Source of the DNA: an uncultured archaeon
GTDB taxonomy: Archaea > Micrarchaeota > Micrarchaeia > Micrarchaeales > CABMGC01
NCBI GenBank assembly: GCA_963704435.1
Contig: OY969902.1
Span: 1-32,000, forward strand
Reading direction: 5' to 3'
DNA length: 32,000 nt
Positions 1 to 9,276 of the stretch are shown here, piece after piece (position 1 is the stretch's first letter; each line of letters starts with the position of its first letter). The notes under the pieces were generated by a model. That model was not told where the DNA came from. It saw only the letters and a program-made list of their open reading frames with translations, and did not search any database. The position numbers and the translations under genes were made by a program.

Positions 1-16
1 TAGGGACTTGACAAAT
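1..16. repeat. Left terminal inverted repeat of the IS
   Basis: TAGGGACTTGACAAAT; pairs with the reverse complement of 1044-1059 at 13/16. Confidence 0.6.
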
Positions 17-114
17 TTTAAGTCTTTGCACCCAATATGATTTCGGGGGTTTTCTCTTCTCTTTTTATCGTCGGGAAAATAAGGTCGTGAGTCTCCTGGA
101 CGGCCGATACGTCA

Positions 115-1011
115 GTGTATCGACCGCCTTGCCAGGAGTTGAAGACAATGGAAATCTATGAACTAAAGAATAAAATAATAGAAGTTTGGGCTGCGGCTAA
201 GGTGATCGTGCAGAAGTTCGGGCATACGAGGAAGTTTGCGAAGCATCTTGTCGCCTTTGCGATAAGGCAACATGAGAATCTTACCGACGTAAGACTCGCG
301 GAGTTCCTAGTCAGGGACCCGATAGGAAAGATCCTTGGTTACACGAGGAAGCCGCATCCGTCGACCTTCTCGAAGGTGCGGGAACGGTCGGATGCGGAGA
401 TGTTTGCGGAACTGCACAACTGGATAGTGCAGGACCGGATGAAATCAAGGCAACTGCGACTTATCGTGCAGGACAGTACCGACGTCTTCGCATATTCGCG
501 CAAGGACGGCGATGCGAGGTGGGGGCACAGAACTCCGTCAAGGAAAGAACAACTGATGCAAAACCTCGGCAATGGGAAAGAACTGTTCTTCGGTTATAAA
601 CCACATGTAATCGTAGAAGCCGAGACGGAAACGCCACTTGCAATTGAGGTCATACCTGCGAACACAAACGACAAGAAGATGTTCTGGCCGCTGTACGACA
701 GAGTAAAGAAGACCTTTCAACTGCAGTATCAGTCAAAATACATTGCGGATGCACAGTACCACGCATCAGCGATAAGGATGCAGTTGCGCGACGATGGCCT
801 AACTCCAGTAATCCCGAGAAGCGGCAACAAGTATCTGAAAACAGAGAACCCGAAGGATCCGGAGTATGGGAAGAGGTGGGCCGTCGAACACCTCTTTGCA
901 AGGTTGAAGGAGCTGTTCGGGCTTGCAAAGAACAGGTTCGTTGGCATAAAGAAGGTCAGGATTCACGTGTTTTCCTGCCTCCTCGCAAACCTGATCGAAT
1001 ACGTGATGTGA
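115..1011 (+). CDS. DDE transposase, IS4/IS5-like
   Basis: 298 aa. The C-terminal block YGKRWAVEHLFARLK fits the Y-x2-R-x3-E-x6-K signature of IS4/IS5 transposases exactly. Candidate catalytic acidic residues sit in IVQDSTD and YIADAQY. The ORF lies between terminal inverted repeats. Confidence 0.85.
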   Translation: MYRPPCQELKTMEIYELKNKIIEVWAAAKVIVQKFGHTRKFAKHLVAFAIRQHENLTDVRLAEFLVRDPIGKILGYTRKPHPSTFSKVRERSDAEMFAELHNWIVQDRMKSRQLRLIVQDSTDVFAYSRKDGDARWGHRTPSRKEQLMQNLGNGKELFFGYKPHVIVEAETETPLAIEVIPANTNDKKMFWPLYDRVKKTFQLQYQSKYIADAQYHASAIRMQLRDDGLTPVIPRSGNKYLKTENPKDPEYGKRWAVEHLFARLKELFGLAKNRFVGIKKVRIHVFSCLLANLIEYVM

Positions 1012-1043
1012 AGGGGTTTGTATTTGACGAGGTGACTGAATGT

Positions 1044-1059
1044 AAATGTCAACTCCCTA
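1044..1059. repeat. Right terminal inverted repeat of the IS
   Basis: AAATGTCAACTCCCTA; its reverse complement TAGGGAGTTGACATTT matches 1-16 at 13/16. Confidence 0.6.
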
Positions 1060-1168
1060 ATAGAGCAAGGGCGGAACAAAACAAATAAGAACTCCCATGA
1101 CATTAATTACTTGCTTGAATAGCCTACTGTTCTATGCTCGACGCCTGCGTTATCTTTGGTGGCAATGG

Positions 1169-2326
1169 ATGAACTCCTATTTTATCACGCGAGGAGACAT
1201 AAACCTGATGAGCACTAGCGGCTGCGAGATAGAGGCGTATGATTTTACCGAATTCTTTATGGAGCACGACAGAAACGCGGAGATATTAAAAGCATACACC
1301 TTCGACTTGTTCTCGCATAAGCTAAGGCCGTGGCATAAGACCTATAAGAAGAGGTACCGCTTGGTAAAGTCAAGAACGAATAGGTTCCTAAAGGTAAACT
1401 CCCCCCTCTTAGGATATATGTTTATTCATCTCAAAGATTTACCTGACGGGATAATTTATTTCCCATACTCATTCTACGACTATCTGTCAAACATATTCCT
1501 GAAGCGCAAAACGCAGATATTCGTGTTTGCGGGGCATTGCCTTGAGATGCGTACGAAATATCGCACGCTGCGTGGAATCATAAACATCTTTGTCAAGATC
1601 GCATTTAAACTTAATAAAGATACGATATATTTTCAGGCAATCAATTCAGAGCAGAGAGAGTTTGTGCTAAAACTAGGGCTTCCGAAGGAGAACATATTCG
1701 ATATACCTGTTTATATCTTTCCTGGAACGTCGTTTAAGGAGATGCCCCTTCTTCACAACAATTCCAAGAAGCTCAAAGTCCTGCACATCGGAGGGACCAG
1801 CAAGAACTCGATTTTTCTGACTGAGATTTTTGACAAATTAACAGAAGCAAATGAGCTTGACCAGTATGAGTTTTATCTGATGGGAACTAGACAGCCGGAT
1901 GAAGTCGTCCGCTACTCAAAGAAGTACGCGAACGTGAAGATTCTCGGCTACGTAGATGACGTGGAGAAGATCAAGTACCTCCGCCAATCTGATGTCGTAG
2001 TAGTGCCTGCGAATGAGACCTTCTCAACTGCTGCCATTGAGGCCATGGCATGCGGACCCATAGTTATCTCGCAGGAAAATCCAGCAATCAAAGACATGAG
2101 GGACCTGGGTGCTTATCTCTTCATTGTCAATACGAATGATCCTGCCGCATTCATAACCGCATTTGATAAGATAGCGGATCTTAAGAAGTCACCAAAAATT
2201 CTTAATAAGCTCAGACTTGAGAACCAGCGTATCTGCAAAGAGAATTATTCCAGCGAGGTCGCCCTAAGAAAGATGAAGGACCTGTTTGATATTGCCGCAT
2301 CTAGATATAACGATAGGCACGGCTGA
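1169..2326 (+). CDS. Glycosyltransferase, GT-B fold, GT4-like (E-x7-E)
   Basis: E-x7-E motif ETFSTAAIE followed by AMACGPIVIS; KVLHIGG block. The track ORF starts at 1097, but I moved the start to ATG 1169. The N-terminus MNSYFITRGDINLMSTSG aligns with MDIHFLVRSNVRMIGSSG, the N-terminus of the paralog at 12639. Confidence 0.8.
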   Translation: MNSYFITRGDINLMSTSGCEIEAYDFTEFFMEHDRNAEILKAYTFDLFSHKLRPWHKTYKKRYRLVKSRTNRFLKVNSPLLGYMFIHLKDLPDGIIYFPYSFYDYLSNIFLKRKTQIFVFAGHCLEMRTKYRTLRGIINIFVKIAFKLNKDTIYFQAINSEQREFVLKLGLPKENIFDIPVYIFPGTSFKEMPLLHNNSKKLKVLHIGGTSKNSIFLTEIFDKLTEANELDQYEFYLMGTRQPDEVVRYSKKYANVKILGYVDDVEKIKYLRQSDVVVVPANETFSTAAIEAMACGPIVISQENPAIKDMRDLGAYLFIVNTNDPAAFITAFDKIADLKKSPKILNKLRLENQRICKENYSSEVALRKMKDLFDIAASRYNDRHG

Positions 2327-2338
2327 TTAACGAAGATC

Positions 2339-3205
2339 TTATTCAGTCCTATCCTGTTTCTGAAGTCTGAGCCATTTCGGGAGGTCAGGGCGTATCCTCC
2401 TCATCGTGTAGAGGTCTGTCTCGCTCAGTTCGGCCCCCCTAGAATTGAAATTCTTCCAGTCGTCATGAGCCGCACTTATGAGTTTTCCAGTTAGGCCATC
2501 AGACGCTCTGGATGCCAGAAACACGACTAGGCTTGCCGGCAGCTCTAACGGGATACTTCCAGAACCAAGCGCATTTCCAGATGTCACAGGATCTTTCCTA
2601 CCGATGGCCTCAGAAATCTCCTGGTTTATCTTTGTAAGGATCTTTCCCGGAGCAACAGCATTAACATCAATTCCCTGCTGCCGGACTTCCTCCGCGAGCG
2701 TCTCCGTAAACCTGATTATTGCCGATTTCGAGGAAGCGTAAGCCGAAAAGTTAATCCAGGGCCCTTCGCCCGCTCCGGCTATGTTAATGATTTTCCCGTA
2801 GCGTTTTTCAATCAGAGTAGGCAATACTGTCCGCGTGCAGAGGAAAGTGCCTATCAGGTTGACTTGGATGGTCCTTATCCAGTCCCGAACTTTGACCTGG
2901 CCCGTAAGCCCTATCGGTCCAATTATGCCTGCATTGTTAACAAGAATGTCGATAGTTCCGAATTTGGACAGCGCCAGCTGGACCATTCTTTTGACATCCT
3001 CCTCCTTTGAAACGTCTCCTTTAAACGTAACGATATTGTCCTTAGGAAGCCCCGTCTCTCTCGCAACAAGTTGAAGTTCCCCCATTGTTCGCGACGCAAG
3101 CAGCAACTTTGCGCCATCCTTCGCCATAGCGATAGCAATGGCCCTTCCCAATCCTCTGCCGCCTCCGGTAACGATTGCAACCCTTCCTTTGAGCTTCATG
3201 CTCAT
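2339..3205 (-). CDS. Short-chain dehydrogenase/reductase (classical SDR)
   Basis: TGGGRGLG (TGxxxGxG cofactor motif), NNAG, and a Ser...YASSK (YxxxK) catalytic set. A roughly 40-aa C-terminal extension follows. The substrate is not inferable. Confidence 0.85.
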   Translation of the reverse strand: MSMKLKGRVAIVTGGGRGLGRAIAIAMAKDGAKLLLASRTMGELQLVARETGLPKDNIVTFKGDVSKEEDVKRMVQLALSKFGTIDILVNNAGIIGPIGLTGQVKVRDWIRTIQVNLIGTFLCTRTVLPTLIEKRYGKIINIAGAGEGPWINFSAYASSKSAIIRFTETLAEEVRQQGIDVNAVAPGKILTKINQEISEAIGRKDPVTSGNALGSGSIPLELPASLVVFLASRASDGLTGKLISAAHDDWKNFNSRGAELSETDLYTMRRIRPDLPKWLRLQKQDRTE

Positions 3206-3223
3206 AATTCATCGCCATTTCTC

Positions 3224-4579
3224 TTACGGCTTAGCCCTTTTCGCCAGCCCAGATTCCTCGTTAGCCTGCCCCCTTCCCACCCCAACATAGAGAAAGCCGC
3301 AGGCGGCCATCTTGTCTTTGTCTAGCATGTTCAGCGGGTCTATGATTACTGGGTGCGACATCCTGGATTTAAGCTTTGCAAAGTCGAGGTCCCTAAACTC
3401 TGGCCATGCAGTGAGGAAAAGCAGTGCATCTGAAGAGTCAGCGACAGAACCCGCATCAGCGCACCTCTTGAAATTAGCTTCCCTCGTCATGTCGCTGAGA
3501 TCCGCCTGCGGGTCGTAAGCCTTGATTGACGCTCCTTTTCTAACAAGCCCCGCGATTATATCGATGGAAGTGGAGTGCCTAACGGCGCTCGTGCCGGGCT
3601 TGTATGCAAGACCAAACACTCCTATGCGCAACCCTCTGACCTTGCCAAAGATTTGCTTGAGCTTATTTCCGACTATCAGGTTCTGGCTGACATTCACGCG
3701 CATCATTGAGTCGAGCAGGGTAGTCTCAACGCCATTCTTCTTCCCCAGCTCCCTAAGGACGTTCACATCCCTTTCCAAGTGCCCGCCCCCGAAGCCGAGT
3801 CCAGGGCGCAGGAGCGCGTACTTCCCTATTCTTGGGTCTAGGCGCAGCGCCTCGACTACTCGGAATGCGTCTATTCCTAGCCCGTCGCAGAGGTTGCCGA
3901 GCTCATTCGCCAAGCTTACCTCGCACGCAAGGAATGCGTTTACTGAGTGCTTCACCATCTCCGCCGTCCTGAGGTCGACCTTTATCTTCGGTGATGTGAC
4001 GAATCTGTAGATCCGTTCGGCCTTCTTGATATCCTTACTGTTGGTGCCTCCAATCACTAGAAAATCGGGTGATTTGAACCGCGCAATTGCATCACCAAGC
4101 TTAATATTTTCAGGGACGCAGACGATCCCTAAGTCAAGCGCAGGCCTCCTTCTCTTGACTAATGCCCTTATCTGCTCGCATGTGCCAACCGGAACCTGGC
4201 TGCTTACGACCAACAGAGTACCGTTACGGAGGTAAGGAACGGCCCTTGTTATGCTTTGGAGAATGGGCGACAGGTCCGGCAAGCCATTCTCCTTTACCGG
4301 CGTGTCAAATGCGATGGCCACGTAGCCTGCGCCAGCCAATCCAGAGCGGAAGTCGGACGTAAACGAGAGCATGCCTTTCCTTTCCTGCTCCTTGACGAGC
4401 TTGGCCAGCCCTGGCTCCTGGACGGGAGGGATTCCGTTCCTGAGCCTTGAAATGGTCTCGGGGTTTGGGTCGATGCCGACCACGCTGTTGCCGCATGCGG
4501 ACAGGCAGGCTGCAGTAACTGTTCCGAGATGCCAGAGTCCAATTACAGCTACATTCCCCTCTTTATCGATGCCTTTCAT
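3224..4579 (-). CDS. UDP-glucose/GDP-mannose dehydrogenase-family protein, divergent (canonical catalytic Cys position is His)
   Basis: 451 aa with the three-domain layout of nucleotide-sugar 6-dehydrogenases. Family-like blocks include AEMVKHSVNAFLA, GLGFGGGHLERD and GLAYKPGTS. The N-terminal dinucleotide motif reads IGLWHLG instead of GxGYVG. The active-site motif reads GGGHLERD instead of GG(S/x)C(F/L)PKD. Confidence 0.75.
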   Translation of the reverse strand: MKGIDKEGNVAVIGLWHLGTVTAACLSACGNSVVGIDPNPETISRLRNGIPPVQEPGLAKLVKEQERKGMLSFTSDFRSGLAGAGYVAIAFDTPVKENGLPDLSPILQSITRAVPYLRNGTLLVVSSQVPVGTCEQIRALVKRRRPALDLGIVCVPENIKLGDAIARFKSPDFLVIGGTNSKDIKKAERIYRFVTSPKIKVDLRTAEMVKHSVNAFLACEVSLANELGNLCDGLGIDAFRVVEALRLDPRIGKYALLRPGLGFGGGHLERDVNVLRELGKKNGVETTLLDSMMRVNVSQNLIVGNKLKQIFGKVRGLRIGVFGLAYKPGTSAVRHSTSIDIIAGLVRKGASIKAYDPQADLSDMTREANFKRCADAGSVADSSDALLFLTAWPEFRDLDFAKLKSRMSHPVIIDPLNMLDKDKMAACGFLYVGVGRGQANEESGLAKRAKP

Positions 4580-4695
4580 GCAAACCTCTCATACAAATAT
4601 CGAAATACGTTATTTATCTATTTATGTCATTTATATAACAGTATCAACTCTCGGCCGTAAGGGCACAGAATAGAAGGGTTGACGAGGTAGAGATT

Positions 4696-5673
4696 ATGGC
4701 GAAATTCGCGGTAACGGGAGGCGCAGGACTTATCGGAAGTCACGTCGTGAAAGGATTGATTGATAAGGGACATGATGTGTCGATTATCGACAACTCCTCG
4801 TCAGGATCCGTCCAGAACCTTAAGGACCTGGGCGTTGATCAAGAACCCATTAGTGGCGACTTGAAGGATTATGGTTTCACGAGGGATGTGTTGAAGGGCG
4901 CAGATACCGTATTTCACTTCGCTGCAGAAGTGGGGAGCGTAGCCTATCTCCACGGCTCAAAAGCCAAGGAGCTGACCACCTGGCTGACGAACTCTACGAT
5001 AGACGCGAACGTGTTCAAGGCATGCCTCGAGAATAATGTGGGCAGCATAATATACGCGTCGAGCGCCGCGGTATATCCCTTGGACCTGCAGTTCGGCGCC
5101 GATGTGCAGTTCAAGGAAGAGGACTCAGAGCTCAGAACAAATCCCGACGGGGGATATGGCTGGGCAAAGTTCGTAGCAGAGAAGCAGCTCGCGATGATGC
5201 CCGACGTGCCTTCCGGAGCCGTACGCATGTTCAACGTATACGGAGACAACATCTACCTCAAGGAGGACAGGAGCCCTGTGATAGGATCTCTAATCAGAAA
5301 GGCGATAAACTATCCCAAAGAGGATTTCGTGGTTTGGGGAGACGGGTCCCAGAAAAGGTGCTTCGTGTCCGTTGACGATGTCATCGATGCGCTCTTTAGG
5401 ATTCACGAGCATGTGAAAAGTAAGGGAAGCCTTACCGTAAACGTCGGCTCTACCGATGAAATAAACGTGGGCGACCTTGCGCGGACCATAATAGCCATAT
5501 CCAAGAAAGACATACCTTTGAAGTTCGATACGAGCAAGCCCTCAGGCACGCTCAATAGGATGCCAAACATTGACCTGGCCAAACAGGTCCTTGGCTGGGC
5601 TCCGAGCACGAGCATGGATGAAGGGCTCAGGAAGACATATGCTTGGGCCGAGAAGCGCCTTGCAAAAGGCTGA
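4696..5673 (+). CDS. NAD-dependent nucleotide-sugar epimerase/dehydratase (extended SDR)
   Basis: VTGGAGLIGSH (GxxGxxG), a YGWAK (YxxxK) catalytic pair, about 325 aa as is typical of extended SDRs. A GAGGT Shine-Dalgarno-like element lies just upstream. Confidence 0.85.
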   Translation: MAKFAVTGGAGLIGSHVVKGLIDKGHDVSIIDNSSSGSVQNLKDLGVDQEPISGDLKDYGFTRDVLKGADTVFHFAAEVGSVAYLHGSKAKELTTWLTNSTIDANVFKACLENNVGSIIYASSAAVYPLDLQFGADVQFKEEDSELRTNPDGGYGWAKFVAEKQLAMMPDVPSGAVRMFNVYGDNIYLKEDRSPVIGSLIRKAINYPKEDFVVWGDGSQKRCFVSVDDVIDALFRIHEHVKSKGSLTVNVGSTDEINVGDLARTIIAISKKDIPLKFDTSKPSGTLNRMPNIDLAKQVLGWAPSTSMDEGLRKTYAWAEKRLAKG

Positions 5674-5710
5674 GTGCGCTGCCTGTTGGGTAATTGCGTC
5701 TAATTCCCAA

Positions 5711-6397
5711 TCATATCTTCTCGAGATTCAGGCATGCTACAGAATTCGTCACAGAATCGAACTTGGAACTCGCTGCTTGCAATTCACCCACTTTGCTTAT
5801 CTTCGTGCGGGACTTTATCTGGTAGAATTCCTTGCTTAATACTCTGAAGCCCTTAAGCAGCTCTGCCAGATCTTTGCTGTCGTAGACTCTCTGGAAGTTA
5901 TCTCTCACTTGATGCATTCCACACGGCGCAGTGAATATGAACTGGCCTCTTGGTTTCAGCAGTCCGTGCACCTTCGCAACAGCTTTCTTGTCCGCATCGA
6001 GGTCATACTTAGCGTTGCCGTAGTGGAACAGGCCAAAGTGCTCTATGGCGCTGATGTTTATTGCAATGTCGAATTTCTTTTGAAAATAGTATTCAAGGAA
6101 ATCCGCTCTGATGAATTCAAGGTTATCGTGCTTGTAGTTGTACTCCTGCATATCTATCCCAGTCACGGCATATCCCAGCGCAGCAAGCCTTACGGGGTTT
6201 ATGCTTTCGCTGCATCCGATATCTAATACGCTAAGCGGAGGAGGACGCAGGTTCTTGAAAAGGAAGGGGATCTCGACGATCCTCTCGCTGTAGTACGCGG
6301 CTGTCCATGGCAGGTGGCCATAGCCTTCATTTACTATGTAGCCTTTCATAAAGCGATTGCAGCCAGCACTCCATGCCTTGCCAAATATGCTCATCAT
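5711..6397 (-). CDS. Class I SAM-dependent methyltransferase
   Basis: Motif I VLDIGCSES, followed by an acidic post-I residue in VTGIDM, then a FDIAINISAIEH motif II/III-like block. Confidence 0.7.
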   Translation of the reverse strand: MMSIFGKAWSAGCNRFMKGYIVNEGYGHLPWTAAYYSERIVEIPFLFKNLRPPPLSVLDIGCSESINPVRLAALGYAVTGIDMQEYNYKHDNLEFIRADFLEYYFQKKFDIAINISAIEHFGLFHYGNAKYDLDADKKAVAKVHGLLKPRGQFIFTAPCGMHQVRDNFQRVYDSKDLAELLKGFRVLSKEFYQIKSRTKISKVGELQAASSKFDSVTNSVACLNLEKI

Positions 6398-6489
6398 AAC
6401 GCCTCTCTTACCCTAACACAGCAGGTTACAAATTTTTCAATGTGCATCTACCTGATATGGATTTATGGCATTCAGTTCTTTAATCTTCA

Positions 6490-7215
6490 CTAAAGATTTT
6501 TCATCTTTGCATAGAGATAGCCTGTCTGTGCCTTTCTATCATCTATGCTGGCGCACGGGCTAGTATGAGAGACGGCGAATCCGAGATTTTTAAGCTTCCT
6601 CTCGATATTCAGATATCCTTGGTGATACTCCATCACTATTCTGTCATATTCCGCCAGTCTCTTTGCATTGAGTATGATCTCATACTCGCAGCCCTCGCAG
6701 TCGATTTTCAGCTCTTTCAATTCTCCTTTGAACTCTTCGGCGAACTCGTCGACGGTCCTGCTCGACGCCGCCTTGTTGAAGAGCTTCGCGTTGGTTATGC
6801 CATTCAGAGAGAGGTTCTTCCGTGCAAGCAGATACCTTTTCTCATCCGGGTCATAGGAGTGCAGCGCCTTGGCCCCTTTTAGGGAGAAATATATTGGGGT
6901 GTCTCCGTTTCCGGTGCCTATGTCGAGCACGGCTTTGCCTTTCGATTCTAGCCAGCCATATGCTTGGCGGACAAAGACCTCTTCGTAATCGACATCGCCT
7001 GTGAATAGCAGGGGCTTGCCGCCGTAGTCTCCATTGTTGAACTCGACCTTCGTTATCTCTCCGTCAACCTCCACCCTGACTTTGCCCAGGGCATTCATAC
7101 GGGGAGATCTTGGAAATAGCTTAAGCTTGGCTAAGCCTGCGTAATGGAGCAGAATCGGTTTTGGGCTGATTCTAAGCCTGAGATAGTCGAGTTTTGTTAT
7201 GTTGGCCATCCGCAT
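6490..7215 (-). CDS. FkbM-family methyltransferase
   Basis: VLDIGTGNGDTPIYF (SAM motif) and LKIDCEGCEYEI (the FkbM-type K-x-D-x-E-G-x-E block). The track start at 7254 is a GTG. ATG 7215 is preceded by GGAGG 5 nt upstream and is preferred. Confidence 0.75.
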   Translation of the reverse strand: MRMANITKLDYLRLRISPKPILLHYAGLAKLKLFPRSPRMNALGKVRVEVDGEITKVEFNNGDYGGKPLLFTGDVDYEEVFVRQAYGWLESKGKAVLDIGTGNGDTPIYFSLKGAKALHSYDPDEKRYLLARKNLSLNGITNAKLFNKAASSRTVDEFAEEFKGELKELKIDCEGCEYEIILNAKRLAEYDRIVMEYHQGYLNIERKLKNLGFAVSHTSPCASIDDRKAQTGYLYAKMKNL

Positions 7216-7278
7216 ACTCCTCCGTAATACGCCTGCCTGATTCCTCCGGTTCACTTAACCTATTTTACCGTGGAAAAG

Positions 7279-8007
7279 TCAAAGGGTGTAGCCCGAGGCT
7301 TTCGCGTCATCATAGAACATCTGCACTGTTTCAAGTGAGTATTGGGTCAGGTCCTTCCCGAATAGCGCGAGCTGCTTCTGGATGTCCGGCGTGATCGTTA
7401 TGATGTGGCAGCCGCTCTCCGCAGCCTGTCTTACATTCAGGACCTCCCTCGGGCTGGCCCACAGGACCTCCGATAGGGGATTGGAGCTCATTATCTTGAC
7501 CATTTCTCTCGCTACTTCCATAGGGTCTACACCAGCATTTGCAGCGCGCCCAGCGAAGTACGAGACTATGCTCGGGGTGTCGTGGGAGAGAGCCTTCGAT
7601 ACTGCGATGACCTGATCGATAGTAAGTATGGCGGTGATGTTCAGCATAAGGCCATCGTTCGACAGTTCTTCTATAAGTGGCGTAGTGCTCACCCCTTTCG
7701 TATTAGTGATAGGTATCTTTACGTAGATGTTCTCGCCCCAGCTCGATATCTTGCGCGCCTGCCTCCCCATCTCCTTGAGTTCGTCGGAGATGACCTCATA
7801 GGATATTGAGTACTCCTTAGGTATGGCGTCTCTCATGGACTTGGCGAACTCCTCATAGTTGGCCACACCCGCCTTCCGCATCAGGGTCGGGTTTGTCGTG
7901 AATCCGCTGACTACTCCATCGTTGATCGCAGCCAGCATTTCCTTCGTGTTCGCTCCATCAGAAAACAGTTTTATTCCATATTGCGTTGTACCGCTCATTC
8001 GTTTCAC
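7279..8007 (-). CDS. Transaldolase / fructose-6-phosphate aldolase family protein
   Basis: KLFSDGAN...GFTTNPTL N-terminal signature and a YVKIP Schiff-base lysine block. It is the last gene of the heptose operon and plausibly supplies sedoheptulose-7-P. Confidence 0.8.
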   Translation of the reverse strand: MKRMSGTTQYGIKLFSDGANTKEMLAAINDGVVSGFTTNPTLMRKAGVANYEEFAKSMRDAIPKEYSISYEVISDELKEMGRQARKISSWGENIYVKIPITNTKGVSTTPLIEELSNDGLMLNITAILTIDQVIAVSKALSHDTPSIVSYFAGRAANAGVDPMEVAREMVKIMSSNPLSEVLWASPREVLNVRQAAESGCHIITITPDIQKQLALFGKDLTQYSLETVQMFYDDAKASGYTL

Positions 8008-8022
8008 CTTGTAAGCATGTTA

Positions 8023-8616
8023 TTAGTATGGTCTTTTCTCATTCTTAAGTATTATGTCCGCAGCGTCAGCCAGGTCCCTAGCCATGAAATCCGGCTTGCT
8101 CTGTCCGCGCTTGTGCGCAGACCTTGGCTCCTCTATAAGTATTGTCCTAGTTCCCGCTGCCTTCCCTGCCTCGATGTCGCTGTCCCTGTCGCCCACCATC
8201 CAGGAATCCGGAAGGCTGACGCCATGCTCTTTCTCTGCCTTAAGGAGCAGGCCGGGCTTCGGCTTGCGGCAGTCGCACGGGCCGGAGTATTCCGGAACCA
8301 CGCCCTCGGGGTGGTGGTAGCAATAGTAGTACGCGCTGAAGCGTATCCCTTGGAATGTCAGTTCCAAGTGGAGCTTATTCTGCACTGCCTCCAGAGCTTC
8401 CAGCGATGCGAATCCCTTTGCGTAGTCGGGCTGGTTCGATACGAGGAACAGCGAGTAGCCTGCGCTCTGGATTCTCCTGAGCGATGGAATCGCGCACGGG
8501 AATAGCCTAAGCTCATCGGGATTGAAAGGAGGGCCGTAATCCTTCATTGAGGGGCGCAGCACCTGCTCGTTTATTACTCCGTCCCTGTCCAGGAAAACGG
8601 CTGTGGCACTTCGCAT
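8023..8616 (-). CDS. gmhB: D-glycero-D-manno-heptose 1,7-bisphosphate phosphatase (HAD-IIIA)
   Basis: HAD motif I FLDRDGVIN, VSNQ, GDRDSDIEAG. The GmhB-typical Cys/His zinc loop is present: YCYHHPEG...GPCDCRKPKPG. The operon context supports the call. Confidence 0.8.
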   Translation of the reverse strand: MRSATAVFLDRDGVINEQVLRPSMKDYGPPFNPDELRLFPCAIPSLRRIQSAGYSLFLVSNQPDYAKGFASLEALEAVQNKLHLELTFQGIRFSAYYYCYHHPEGVVPEYSGPCDCRKPKPGLLLKAEKEHGVSLPDSWMVGDRDSDIEAGKAAGTRTILIEEPRSAHKRGQSKPDFMARDLADAADIILKNEKRPY

Positions 8617-8629
8617 TAGCTCACTTGTC

Positions 8630-9262
8630 CTATTTCGTGCTCTCCCACTTCATCTCAAACTTTTGCAGGTCTGGGCTCGATACGAGCATGTGCCATATGA
8701 CCCCCTGGTAGGCCTCGGTGTGCGGCGTTACGGTCGCGTCATTCACGGTTGGGATTATCACGCAGGCATCCGCCACCTTCGCAGTGAAGCCTCCATCGCG
8801 CCCGACTATCCCCATGACGCTGGCTCCGACCTCTTTCGCGTATTTCAGCGCCTCTACGAGGTTTGGGCTGACGTTCTTCTCGGCGTTTCCGCCTCCGACA
8901 GAGAGCACGAATACGGCGTCCTTGTCGTTTAGCTTGCTTCCCCTGAGCCAGTTGACGAATACGCTGGCCCAGCCGTCGTCGTTTACCCTGGCGGTCAGCT
9001 CGGAAGCGTTGTCCGTAGGCGCGTAGGACTCGGTTCCCGTTATCTTCCTGAGGTCGTTGACCATGTGCGATGCGTTGCCTGCGCCCCCTCCTACGCCGAG
9101 TATGAACACCCTGCCTCCTCTCTCCCTCACCTTGACGAGCTCGTCGCTGACCCTCATTATCTGCGCCAGCTCAAGCTTTTCAATAATCCTGACGCAGTCG
9201 CCAAGATAAGTCTTGATGTGCGCTTCCTGCGCCGCATCTCCCTTTTGGTTAATGGTATCCAT
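8630..9262 (-). CDS. gmhA: SIS-domain phosphoheptose (sedoheptulose-7-phosphate) isomerase
   Basis: SIS motif RVFILGVGGGAGNASHMVNDL, size about 200 aa, located between the gmhB-like and heptose nucleotidyltransferase-like genes. Confidence 0.75.
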   Translation of the reverse strand: MDTINQKGDAAQEAHIKTYLGDCVRIIEKLELAQIMRVSDELVKVRERGGRVFILGVGGGAGNASHMVNDLRKITGTESYAPTDNASELTARVNDDGWASVFVNWLRGSKLNDKDAVFVLSVGGGNAEKNVSPNLVEALKYAKEVGASVMGIVGRDGGFTAKVADACVIIPTVNDATVTPHTEAYQGVIWHMLVSSPDLQKFEMKWESTK

Positions 9263-9276
9263 GTCATTCCCTATCT

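Larger units (their letters stand above)
1..1059 (+). mobile_element. Complete-looking insertion sequence, IS4/IS5 (DDE_Tnp_1) superfamily; left terminus coincides with window base 1
   Basis: A single DDE transposase ORF (115-1011) is bracketed by imperfect terminal inverted repeats. 1-13 TAGGGACTTGACA matches the reverse complement of 1047-1059, TAGGGAGTTGACA, at 12/13 (13/16 if extended). The left flank lies outside the window, so a target-site duplication cannot be checked. Confidence 0.7.

Noticed and set aside
876-1088. 70-aa ORF overlapping the transposase 3' end
   Set aside because: It is an alternate frame of the transposase gene, it runs across the IS right inverted repeat, and it has no motif support.
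1097-1168. N-terminal 24 codons of the track ORF 1097-2326, and the idea that the IS truncated this glycosyltransferase
   Set aside because: The residues from ATG 1169 onward align with the very N-terminus of the paralog at 12639. The gene is therefore full length from 1169, and the IS right end at 1059 does not interrupt it.
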